52,642 bases of DNA from a virus (taxonomy: Duplodnaviria > Caudoviricetes): positions 1 to 52,642 of IMG/VR virus record IMGVR_UViG_3300037337_000202. One strand, given 5' to 3'. This document shows, one piece after another, positions 7,722 through 16,564 of this stretch (its first letter is position 1; each line of letters starts with the position of its first letter). Under the pieces are notes generated by a model that did no database searches, had not been told where the DNA came from, and saw nothing but the letters and a program-made list of their open reading frames with translations. The position numbers and the translations under genes are program-made.

Positions 7722-7800
7722 GCGCGAGTATGCCGCTTGCCTTCTAAGCAAGAGAAAGCTAACTGGACTCATACAGGTTCGAATCCTGTCTCGCGCGCCA
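7722..7800 (+). tRNA. tRNA-Arg(TCT), D-arm-less, copy 2
   Basis: GCGCGAG/CTCGCGC acceptor; core nearly identical to 5673-5751; GCCA end. Confidence 0.75.
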
Positions 7801-7817
7801 TCTATTACGGAGCATAT

Positions 7818-8366
7818 ATGCAAATTCTAGGTCTTGATGTGGCGGGCCATCCACGAAAATGGCTATCAGTAGAAGATGCTATCACATATCATGCTAAGGA
7901 TCAGGTCGCATGGTCATTAGGTGATATTGTTTTCAGGGCTCGAGGTGGATATCAGAGTTCTGGTAGACAGAGTATTATTGAAACCGCATCGATAATATCT
8001 ATTCGCTCTACTAAGTTTGATGTTAGAGATAGAAAAGTTCCGGTGAGTAACCAGACACTATTTTCTCGAGATCGTTGGAATTGTGCTTACTGCGGGCTGA
8101 CATTCAAGGCTAGTCAATTATCTAGGGACCATATTATCCCAAAAAGTAGGGGTGGACTTGATGTATGGCAAAATATTATTTGTTCCTGCAAGTGGTGTAA
8201 TAACAAGAAGGATAATAGGACTCCAGAGGAAGCAGACATGCCATTGCTGTTCCTACCCTATTTGCCGGCATTCGGAGAAAAGATTATTTTAGAGGGTAGG
8301 AATATTCTTGGCGATCAACTAGACTTTCTGAAAAAAACTCTACCGAAAAATTCTCGCTGCCACTAA
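7818..8366 (+). CDS. HNH endonuclease (McrA-like zinc-binding type)
   Basis: RDRWNCAYCG, DHIIPKSRGG, CSCKWCNNKK; start moved past the tRNA to ATG 7818 (GGAG SD). Confidence 0.85.
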   Translation: MQILGLDVAGHPRKWLSVEDAITYHAKDQVAWSLGDIVFRARGGYQSSGRQSIIETASIISIRSTKFDVRDRKVPVSNQTLFSRDRWNCAYCGLTFKASQLSRDHIIPKSRGGLDVWQNIICSCKWCNNKKDNRTPEEADMPLLFLPYLPAFGEKIILEGRNILGDQLDFLKKTLPKNSRCH

Positions 8367-8369
8367 CAC

Positions 8370-8392
8370 AAGGTCCCTCCGGGGACCTTTTT
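8370..8392 (+). terminator. Intrinsic terminator
   Basis: AAGGTCCC-TCCG-GGGACCTT followed by a T run. Confidence 0.8.
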
Positions 8393-8447
8393 AGTTTTTA
8401 CTTTTATCCTGGGTCGTGTTATAATAATTTATCAACAAGGAAACATC

Positions 8448-8678
8448 ATAAACACAGACTTCTACGCCACAACAGACCCCGCTTTCGATCCCGGCGAACG
8501 CTGGATCGATTCTTCAATGAGCCCTGTGTTTATTGTGCGAGTTGAAAAATATCCAGGTAGCCCTAGTGAATACAGTTCAAACTATGGCGTTATCTATCTC
8601 CAAGCAGATGGTTCATACCATGATAAAGACGCCTGGAGCTTCCAGGTCCGATATAACCACACACCAACTCCAAAATGA
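8448..8678 (+). CDS. hypothetical early protein with ATA at the start position
   Basis: AAGGAAACATC-ATA, 76 open codons, stop overlaps the next ATG. Confidence 0.5.
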   Translation: MNTDFYATTDPAFDPGERWIDSSMSPVFIVRVEKYPGSPSEYSSNYGVIYLQADGSYHDKDAWSFQVRYNHTPTPK

Positions 8679-8983
8679 AACAAGCACTCGTTAACTTTAA
8701 AATTCTGTCTCAGGGTGATGTTAAAATGTCACATGACTTCGGTTACATGGCTGTAGGCAATGATGATTGTGTTTGTTTCTTTATTGATCCGGTAGAGAAA
8801 GCGTATATCGAAGCTAGTTCTTCGGATGAAAATGACTGTCCGATCATTTATCTTTCTACAGAAGACGCCGAGGATTACACGACATTGGTTTTTCCCGACC
8901 ACAAAGGTTGGGGATTCCATGCCGGTGGGTGTGGTAAAAGTATTGCTATTGCCCTTGTTCGACGTGTAGCCGAGTCAGCATGA
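8675..8983 (+). CDS. hypothetical protein
   Basis: ORF coupled to neighbours. Confidence 0.6.
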   Translation: MKQALVNFKILSQGDVKMSHDFGYMAVGNDDCVCFFIDPVEKAYIEASSSDENDCPIIYLSTEDAEDYTTLVFPDHKGWGFHAGGCGKSIAIALVRRVAESA

Positions 8984-9261
8984 GGAATAATCCTAATAAA
9001 GATAGTCGCAGTCTGTATCGGCGTTTGCATGATGCTGGTATTCCTATTGATAATCATCACAGTGATTTATATTTCCCATATAATTCTACGACTATAGCAA
9101 TTGTAAATCAAGCCATCTCAGATGGAGTACTACACAAAAAACCGACATTATTTCAAGATAAAGTTAGTAACTCTATTTGGAGCGATGCGATGTCTCAATA
9201 TGACCCTTTCTGGGAAGTATCCCGTCTATCTGTAACTAATGCCGAAAGCAATCATGACTGA
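8980..9261 (+). CDS. hypothetical protein
   Basis: ORF with ATGA overlap. Confidence 0.6.
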   Translation: MRNNPNKDSRSLYRRLHDAGIPIDNHHSDLYFPYNSTTIAIVNQAISDGVLHKKPTLFQDKVSNSIWSDAMSQYDPFWEVSRLSVTNAESNHD

Positions 9262-9538
9262 TTATCGAGTAAAAATCTATAAACAAGACAAACGACATAA
9301 CTCTGGTGAGCGTCTTGAAGTAACATATGACTATCTAGCTCAAACTGATGAAATGTTTCAGATGGTATTACTTGATCTTAAAATCAACAAGCTATTCACT
9401 GAGGAATTTGGCTACCGAATCCAGTATTATCCAAGCAGAATCGTAGTGAGAAACCTCATGTCTGGCGAGCCTGTGGAACTTGATGCTGATACTCCCTGGA
9501 GCTGCCGCCCGGATTCCGAAACTTACTGGAGCATGTAA
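9254..9538 (+). CDS. hypothetical protein, paralogue of 19681-19878
   Basis: KIYKQDKRHNSGER vs RVYVKDRRCKSGER. Confidence 0.65.
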   Translation: MTDYRVKIYKQDKRHNSGERLEVTYDYLAQTDEMFQMVLLDLKINKLFTEEFGYRIQYYPSRIVVRNLMSGEPVELDADTPWSCRPDSETYWSM

Positions 9539-9750
9539 TGATCAAATATGTTGATTGGCTTTTCAATGGCGATGGTTGGGAAAATCGTAAAATTGTAATA
9601 TTTTTATTTGTAGTTCTTGCAATTTTTCTTACCATAAACATAATTTTACTAGTCGTAATTTATGTACCACTTGTGGAGACTGCTATTATTACCACGATTG
9701 TAATAGGCACAGTATTCTATCGCAGCTTCAAGGAATATAAAAAATCATGA
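9538..9750 (+). CDS. small membrane protein
   Basis: Two hydrophobic segments. Confidence 0.55.
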   Translation: MIKYVDWLFNGDGWENRKIVIFLFVVLAIFLTINIILLVVIYVPLVETAIITTIVIGTVFYRSFKEYKKS

Positions 9751-9882
9751 TCAAATATGCCGATTGGCGCCTGGTGCGCAATGGTCTGGAATAACCAACT
9801 AGAACCCACCATGATTCCGCTCTATACTCTACCAAGCCAAAAGTAGTTTTTACTTTTATTCTGTGGCGTGATATAATAACTT

Positions 9883-10227
9883 ATGAACCCAGAATACACC
9901 CACATTGAAGAACTTGATATGATCTACAGCGAGATGTACAAAGGCTTACACGGCTTCGAGCATAGATCCATCAAATTCTCTTCGGTAGAAGAAGGTCAGG
10001 CAGCCTTGGCCAAACTCGGTGTTGCTCTCGAAGCTCAAATGAAAAAAGAAGAAGAGGCTGAAAAATCCGCAATCATAAAATTCGAGGCCTTGATCTTGAA
10101 CTTGATTAACTGCGGGGCAAAAACTCGGGAGACCGCAATTTTCTGGTTGAACGACGAGGAGACTGAAAGCGATATGGAATGTCTTGCCTACAAGCATGGT
10201 CTCCCATACGGCTACTTCGGTCGGTAA
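9883..10227 (+). CDS. hypothetical early protein
   Basis: Follows a promoter; ends GLPYGYF. Confidence 0.7.
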   Translation: MNPEYTHIEELDMIYSEMYKGLHGFEHRSIKFSSVEEGQAALAKLGVALEAQMKKEEEAEKSAIIKFEALILNLINCGAKTRETAIFWLNDEETESDMECLAYKHGLPYGYFGR

Positions 10228-10271
10228 CTTTTATCCAAAGTTGTGATATAATAACTTATCAACAAGGAAAC

Positions 10272-10538
10272 ATGATGACAAAAAACGATTCCCAAGATAA
10301 TTTCCCATTCGTTCGCAAGCCGATGAGCCCACGAGTTATGGAAATTGCCAGAGATGCCGGTTTTTTTCTACCAGAAGTTTGGAGCAATGAGGACTCACAC
10401 TGTTTGCAACTGTTTTCCAATATCATTCTCGAGCGCTGCTCCGAAATTGTTCGGGATGTACTCAGAGACGATTTATCCAACCTGTCATATGAGGACGCGT
10501 CCCTTCTACAGGACAGAATCAGAAATTACCTAAAATGA
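10272..10538 (+). CDS. hypothetical early protein
   Basis: Promoter plus AAGGAAAC SD. Confidence 0.65.
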   Translation: MMTKNDSQDNFPFVRKPMSPRVMEIARDAGFFLPEVWSNEDSHCLQLFSNIILERCSEIVRDVLRDDLSNLSYEDASLLQDRIRNYLK

Positions 10539-10899
10539 CTGAAGCAACATTGACCCAGCTAGAAACTCTTCAAGAGAGCACCGAATATGCTGACTTTCTT
10601 ATGTGTAATTGCGCCGATCGCATTATCTGCAATGGTGCTACCCTTCTAGATGCAATTGAGGATGGTCATATGTTCGATGAATTCCTGACCTCCATTGGGC
10701 TAATTTCTTCTTAAGGATTAATATGACTGATATGAGTCTCTTTACTTGTGTTCTTGGATCTGTTGCTGGCTGGAATATGCAACAACCACTTTGGCTGGGA
10801 TATATTCGGGGTCTTTTAAAAGAACTACTGAATAAATAAAAAATAATAACTAGTAAATTAAGTAGGCCTATAACCCGAAAACACTAGTAACCAAACATA

Positions 10900-10976
10900 C
10901 CCACGGGCGCAATAGTGGTAGATGCCCCAGCTTCATAAGCTGGTGATAGTCGGTTCGAACCCGACACGTGGGACCA
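10900..10976 (+). tRNA. tRNA(CAT), probably Ile2
   Basis: CCAGC-TTCATAA-GCTGG, ACCA end; directly upstream of tilS. Confidence 0.85.
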
Positions 10977-11064
10977 ATATAAAAGCATATTCTTACTGTA
11001 ACTGATTAATTATTCCAGACAGTTCATGAATATGCTTTTTGTCGATTACTAGAAGTTTTTTATT

Positions 11065-11670
11065 ATGCAAGTGTTTAGAACTCTTCCCAAAAAAGTAGTC
11101 GTCGCTTTATCTGGCGGCTCTGACTCAATGGCATGCCTTCATTATTTCTTAGACAAAGGATATGATGTTTCTGCGGCACATTACATTCATTTCAACAGTT
11201 TGTCAGCAGAGCCTGAACACGAATTTGTTCAAAAAACCTGCTCTAATCTAGGTGTCAAGCTGTTTGTTGAAAAACAAGACTCTAAGAATGTAATGCAGAG
11301 TAATGAAGAATTCTGGCGTAATGGCCGATACAAATTTTTCAGAAAATTGTCCACTCCGGTAATAACAGGTCATACTCTTAATGATGTGGTCGAGTGGTAT
11401 CTTTATTCAGCAATGAATGGAAAGGGTTACCTAATGGACTATTCCCACGGAAATGTTGTCAGACCATTTTTTCTAGAGCGAAAAGAAACCCTGTTAAAAA
11501 TTCTAATCGACAAACAGTTAGCATGGTACGAAGATCCATCAAATACAGATGTTGAGTTTTGTAAACGAAATAAAGTTAGACACGATCTACTACCGGTGGC
11601 ACTATCAGTTAATCCTGGTTTGTTTACCATGATTAAAAGAATGGCGATTGAAAAATATAGGGGACTTTAA
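11065..11670 (+). CDS. tilS: tRNA(Ile)-lysidine synthetase, catalytic domain only
   Basis: VALSGGSDS PP-loop, RYKFF, TGHTLND, RPF, EDPSN, RNKVRH. Confidence 0.9.
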   Translation: MQVFRTLPKKVVVALSGGSDSMACLHYFLDKGYDVSAAHYIHFNSLSAEPEHEFVQKTCSNLGVKLFVEKQDSKNVMQSNEEFWRNGRYKFFRKLSTPVITGHTLNDVVEWYLYSAMNGKGYLMDYSHGNVVRPFFLERKETLLKILIDKQLAWYEDPSNTDVEFCKRNKVRHDLLPVALSVNPGLFTMIKRMAIEKYRGL

Positions 11671-11986
11671 AATGGGCTTAGGCTCATTTTTTTGGTCTGA
11701 ATAATGTACAAACTATTACACTTCGGTAACGTTGTTTATTTCAGGGTAAAGTTTTTCTGGATATAATAGATTATGTTCCCCAGTTGTTGGTTGTTCGGAA
11801 GATGTTTATAGTCTAGTCTTGCAAGCTAGCTATGCATTATTAGTGGCCCTGAGACTGACTTAGTCGCTGTCTAAGCGTGTCTGTGAAGAAGACGGTAGAG
11901 TCATATTACTCACGTGAGCCTGTGCTTAGAGTGATTTTACTTTTATTAAGGTCTGTGATGTAATAACTTATCAACAAGGAAACACG

Positions 11987-12181
11987 ATGCAACTCGAAAA
12001 AATCTCCAAAGCAAATCAGCCACTCATGATCGGTGCTCTCTGGTCTCTCATGCGTGAAGCTGAAGAAGCCGCCCGTGATTCTGGAAATGGTTTTGATAAA
12101 AGTCAGGTCGAGAGTTATTACAGGCTCTGGAATAATGTTACCGGTGATGACAAAGTTCCATTCTGGATGAAAGCAAAATGA
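11987..12181 (+). CDS. hypothetical early protein
   Basis: Promoter plus SD. Confidence 0.65.
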   Translation: MQLEKISKANQPLMIGALWSLMREAEEAARDSGNGFDKSQVESYYRLWNNVTGDDKVPFWMKAK

Positions 12182-12558
12182 AACACAATATTTACCCCTT
12201 TCACGTAAAATCATCGAATAATTTTCCTTCTCAGCTTGTCCTTGCTATCTGGAAGCGTGTGAGAAAACAGATTAAATCAGAAATATTTTGGTATAGTGTT
12301 GATCTCAGTGTGACTTCAGAAGATTCTGTTATTCTCAGGATCTACGATATGAAAGACATGACTTATGGTGGTACCGGCGACAGCATTCTAAGTCTGGTGG
12401 TAAATGAGTTTACTTTGTGGGAGATGACCGAACTCAAAAAGGAAATTCTAAAGCAACAGTTGGTCTATTCTAAAAATTATGTAGAACAACAAGACCGACT
12501 TGTATTGAAAGCAAGAATTCAAATCACAATGACTGAACTATTCAGTAAAAATGATTAA
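12178..12558 (+). CDS. hypothetical protein
   Basis: Coupled ORF. Confidence 0.55.
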   Translation: MKHNIYPFHVKSSNNFPSQLVLAIWKRVRKQIKSEIFWYSVDLSVTSEDSVILRIYDMKDMTYGGTGDSILSLVVNEFTLWEMTELKKEILKQQLVYSKNYVEQQDRLVLKARIQITMTELFSKND

Positions 12559-12799
12559 AGATACCATGAGCAAACTAGATAATGTTAAGCCTCTCAATTA
12601 GTCATTTCACTGGGGTACAGCAAATAACTCTAAGTATCTGAGGCTTAGGAATAGAACGGAGGCAGAAGCCTTTAGGGTTGCTGGTGAAGCTGGGTGGGTA
12701 AAGCCACGTTGGTATCGCCCGAGTACTTGGTCAAGCGCAGTGTTCAGGAGTTAATCGGTCTGAGTTTTACTTTTATTCTGGTCTGTGTTATGATGACTT

Positions 12800-13030
12800 A
12801 TGAACAAAAAATCTGATGGTGTGCAAGAAATAGTTCGGTGGATGAACGAACAGATCAAGCTCCAAAAAGAGCGTGTTGTCAAGGCAGAAAATGCCCCCTC
12901 CTTTTCATACGATCAAGGTGAGTTTCTTTATAGACACCGAGAGGAAGAAACCACCCGACTTAGAACTATGGTCGAATGGAAAATTAGTACTGAAAAGTAT
13001 ATGAAGAAACTGCGCCACCAAGCCGAGTAA
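12800..13030 (+). CDS. hypothetical early protein
   Basis: Follows a promoter. Confidence 0.6.
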   Translation: MNKKSDGVQEIVRWMNEQIKLQKERVVKAENAPSFSYDQGEFLYRHREEETTRLRTMVEWKISTEKYMKKLRHQAE

Positions 13031-13092
13031 GAGATAAAATTTTACTTTTATTCTAGCTTGTGTTATAATAGTCCTTTAACACAAGCCTCTTT

Positions 13093-13329
13093 ATGAAATA
13101 TCTGACTCTGAACAACTCACTTGCAGTTTTTTCCCTGGCATGCAACGTGGTAGGTTCTGTTCTACTCGCGGCTAATACCGGTCATATGGCATTAGGCTAT
13201 ATGTTTTTTATCACGGGTGTGATACCGGGAACCTATCTGTTGCTAATTTCTAGTGTTAACAAAATTCTAGTCATAACAAACGTTTACTTTTTCGCAATCA
13301 ATATCTTCGGTCTATATCGTCATTGGTGA
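13093..13329 (+). CDS. small membrane protein
   Basis: Three hydrophobic segments; ends NIFGLYRHW. Confidence 0.65.
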   Translation: MKYLTLNNSLAVFSLACNVVGSVLLAANTGHMALGYMFFITGVIPGTYLLLISSVNKILVITNVYFFAINIFGLYRHW

Positions 13330-13333
13330 AATT

Positions 13334-13810
13334 ATGCTAACATATCTAATCATCGGTAGAGTATACAATTGGAAATATCAGAAAGACTATATAATCTATC
13401 TTGGTAAAAAGGGGTTCTGGCACCAATTCAAAAAGATCAGTGATCCGCGACCTGTCTGGTGTGAAATTCTGGATGAAGATATCCCTAAATTAGAAGAATC
13501 AGACTCACACATTCGCCATGAGATATTTAGAGAAGAGTTACGTACAGAAATAAGTAAAATATACGTGGACTTTATAGCAGAGAATGCGGGTGAGCCTTTA
13601 GACAAGCCTACAATAGATAAACTTTTTATTGTAATGAATAGCTGTGTAAAGGACGTACTTTCACGCACAGTTGAGGACTTTACATATAAAGTGATCTGTG
13701 ACCACACAAACAATACTCCTGAAACTCTCAACCGCTCAGAACTTCATGTGTCAATTGATCTTATTACAGAACCGCACGGTCCAAACATGTTAGATCTGCT
13801 AGTATTCTAA
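13334..13810 (+). CDS. hypothetical protein
   Basis: ORF between two 55-bp direct repeats. Confidence 0.55.
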   Translation: MLTYLIIGRVYNWKYQKDYIIYLGKKGFWHQFKKISDPRPVWCEILDEDIPKLEESDSHIRHEIFREELRTEISKIYVDFIAENAGEPLDKPTIDKLFIVMNSCVKDVLSRTVEDFTYKVICDHTNNTPETLNRSELHVSIDLITEPHGPNMLDLLVF

Positions 13811-13945
13811 ACTTTACGGAAGAGTAAATAATGAACATTTTATATCTTGATTCTGACCACGTACTCAATTCTTCCTATCACAATAACAAACGTTTACTTT
13901 TTCGCAATACATATCTTCGGTCTACATCGTCATTGGTAATATATC

Positions 13946-14362
13946 ATGAGTAATTTTACACTTATCTGTCTGAGGGCCAGCGACAATTACAATAATTGGG
14001 GTGAGCTTATCGCCGGCAACTCTGTGGAGATACAGTTTTTTAGGCAAGATCAAATGCATAATGCTGTACTAATCTGGGCTGAGGCCGAATTCCATGGGCG
14101 CTTTAGTAGCATTGATTTCCTGATCGATGGAATACCCGAAGAAAAAATGAATCCCGATGAATTAGTAAAATGGGATTTTCTTTTTAATCAGCAACAAAAA
14201 CTTTTTGTCTTAATGACCAGACAAAAAGAGGCCGAGGATCTGATGGAAGCAGCAAAAGCCGAAGACGAACTTATTGCAGAAGAGCTACTGTTGGCTGAAA
14301 ATAATTATAAAACTGCTCTGCTAAATTATCATAAGTTGCAAATCAAACTTGGTTTGATGTAA
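13946..14362 (+). CDS. hypothetical protein
   Basis: ORF. Confidence 0.55.
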   Translation: MSNFTLICLRASDNYNNWGELIAGNSVEIQFFRQDQMHNAVLIWAEAEFHGRFSSIDFLIDGIPEEKMNPDELVKWDFLFNQQQKLFVLMTRQKEAEDLMEAAKAEDELIAEELLLAENNYKTALLNYHKLQIKLGLM

Positions 14363-14432
14363 ATAACTAATATGTGGAGGTAGTTCAGTAGTGTTGACTT
14401 AAATAGTGCAGAGACCCGCATCAAATTTTTAA

Positions 14433-14509
14433 CTCGCGTTAGCTCAGCTAGATAGAGCAAAATTCTCCTAAAGTTTAGGTCACTGGTGCAAATCCAGTAC
14501 GCGAGACCA
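14433..14509 (+). tRNA. tRNA-Arg(CCT)
   Basis: AAATT-CTCCTAA-AGTTT, canonical D arm, CCA. Confidence 0.9.
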
Positions 14510-14632
14510 TATTGAGATCATGCAGTTGGATTAGATACTATCCTGGCAAAGGCGAAGCGACCCACGGGTGTTAAATATCGAAGCGCTTCTTAATGATAAT
14601 TTGTGCAGCCTACTGCTTTTATATACTTTATT

Positions 14633-14791
14633 ATGAACAAAATGTGGAAAATCTGGGCCAAAAGTCTAGGTGAAAAATCCGGTGCGACAGATGCAGAGTC
14701 TGATCGCATCGCTTTAGTTAGAACTGCTATTCTTTCAATATATATTATTACAAACCTGTTTATTGTAGCAGGAGTGATACGACAATGGTAA
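14633..14791 (+). CDS. small phage membrane protein
   Basis: MWKIWAKSLGEK...NLFIVAGVIRQW. Confidence 0.65.
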   Translation: MNKMWKIWAKSLGEKSGATDAESDRIALVRTAILSIYIITNLFIVAGVIRQW

Positions 14792-14798
14792 CCTAATT

Positions 14799-15944
14799 AT
14801 GCTAGACAACAAACTTAAACTTATTTTAGAAAAAGAAAAAATCAGGCAAGATACTACGGTTGAACTAATCGCAAGTGAAAACTTTACCAGTCAGGCCGTA
14901 ATGGATCTTTGTGGTAGCATTTTTACCAACAAGTACGCCGAAGGCCTGCCTGGCAAACGTTACTATAATGGCTGTGAATATGTAGATGATATCGAGACAC
15001 TGGCTATTGATTATGCCACTGAGCTTTTCAATTGTGGCTATGCTAATGTCCAACCACATTCTGGCGCCAATGCAAACCTGGCTGTATTTAAAGCATTCCT
15101 TACTCCTGGTGATGTTATCGTTGGTATGGACCTATCAAGTGGTGGTCATTTAAGTCACGGTTCCAGTGTCAATGTTAGTGGTGCTTGGTTTACTCAGGTT
15201 AGCTATGGTGTTGATTCTAGGGGCTTTATTGATTACGATGCAGTAGCAGAATTGGTTTCTTTTACCAAACCTAAAATGGTAATTGCCGGTGCTAGTGCAT
15301 ATAGTCAAGTAATCGACTGGGCTAAATTCCGGGAAATTGCAGATAGTGTCGGGGCTGTATTTCTGGCTGATATTGCTCATTATTCTGGACTAATTGCCGG
15401 GCGTCAATATCCAAGTCCCTTTCCATATGCCGATGTGGTGACTTCTACAACGCATAAAGGGCTTCGTGGCCCACGCGGCGGAATTATCCTGTGGAATGAT
15501 CCCGAGTTCAGTAGGCAATTAAATTCTGCTGTATTTCCCGGCACCCAAGGTGGCCCATTGATGCATATTATTGCTGCTAAGGCACAATGTTTTTATGAGG
15601 CCTTACAACCAGAGTTTGAACTGTACGCCCGCCGTATTCGTATTAATGCTCATGCAATGGCACAAACATTTCTAGATGCTGGGGTTAATATCATTAGCGG
15701 CAGTACGCAATGTCATATGATGACCATTGATCTAACTAAGGAAAAATACAGTGGTAAAGAGTTTGCTGATCTACTTGAACTAAATGGTATCACGGTAAAT
15801 AAGAATGGTGTACCAGGTGACAAACGCGGTTTCGTGCAGACCAGTGGAATTAGGCTTGGGGTAGCGGCAGAAACTACTCGCGGCCATGGTGAGGCCTGGT
15901 TCAAGGAATTAGCCAATAAAATTATTGTTTTACTAAGAATGTGA
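14799..15944 (+). CDS. glyA: Serine hydroxymethyltransferase
   Basis: LIASEN, NKYAEG.PGKRYY, NVQPHSG, GGHLSHG, STTHKGLRGPRGG. Confidence 0.97.
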   Translation: MLDNKLKLILEKEKIRQDTTVELIASENFTSQAVMDLCGSIFTNKYAEGLPGKRYYNGCEYVDDIETLAIDYATELFNCGYANVQPHSGANANLAVFKAFLTPGDVIVGMDLSSGGHLSHGSSVNVSGAWFTQVSYGVDSRGFIDYDAVAELVSFTKPKMVIAGASAYSQVIDWAKFREIADSVGAVFLADIAHYSGLIAGRQYPSPFPYADVVTSTTHKGLRGPRGGIILWNDPEFSRQLNSAVFPGTQGGPLMHIIAAKAQCFYEALQPEFELYARRIRINAHAMAQTFLDAGVNIISGSTQCHMMTIDLTKEKYSGKEFADLLELNGITVNKNGVPGDKRGFVQTSGIRLGVAAETTRGHGEAWFKELANKIIVLLRM

Positions 15945-16561
15945 ACAAGTTAACTATGACAGACGATGAACTTACCTATTCAACCCACGTTAATCTTAGG
16001 CATTGGTATGATAAATTATGGTTATCAAAAGAGTTAGGATATTTTGCTGGAAACACTCCGATACCTAAAAATAGTGTCTATATAATTCGCCCAAGGATAA
16101 ATTTACATGGCTGCGGTTTAAATGCTAAAATAGGATTCTGCAATAAAGATAAGCAAATTCCACTTCATTGTTTTTGGTCTGAGGTATTCCATGGCGATCA
16201 TATGACCATAGATTATACATTAGTTAATGAACAATGGGTGCAAGGTAGCACATTTATAGGTTTCAACACTTGGAGTGATTTAGTACACTTTAGTAGTTGG
16301 AATAGACATAATATGAAATTCAATCTGCCGCCTATATTTGATGAACTAAAACAATCATCTAATAAACTCGAATATATCAACATAGAACTTATAGGCAAAA
16401 AAATCATCGAGGTACATTTACGGAGCAATTCGGACCCGGTAATGTATGATAACTTTATTCCTATTTGGGACGAAGGTCAAGTGTGCCCGAACGACTATAT
16501 TAGAATAGATGACCGGCAATCTCATATTGATAGACTAGGGTTTTTTGCAAAAAATAACTAA
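15941..16561 (+). CDS. hypothetical protein, possibly ATP-grasp-like
   Basis: YINIELIGKKIIEVHLR resembles the ATP-grasp E-x-N/H-x-R region. Confidence 0.5.
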   Translation: MNKLTMTDDELTYSTHVNLRHWYDKLWLSKELGYFAGNTPIPKNSVYIIRPRINLHGCGLNAKIGFCNKDKQIPLHCFWSEVFHGDHMTIDYTLVNEQWVQGSTFIGFNTWSDLVHFSSWNRHNMKFNLPPIFDELKQSSNKLEYINIELIGKKIIEVHLRSNSDPVMYDNFIPIWDEGQVCPNDYIRIDDRQSHIDRLGFFAKNN

Positions 16562-16564
16562 CAC

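Noticed and set aside
7737-7817. N-terminal extensions in the ORF track (7737, and FTFI...IITYQQGN starts at 10179, 29263, 30825, 31099, 32195, 43782, 44018)
   Set aside because: They translate tRNA or promoter sequence. The true starts follow the SD.
11690-11930. Ribozyme in the non-coding gap after tilS
   Set aside because: Only short hairpins; I could not assemble a hammerhead, pistol or twister core.
14510-14600. ZTP or glycine riboswitch upstream of glyA
   Set aside because: The consensus elements are not present, and another ORF lies between this region and glyA.
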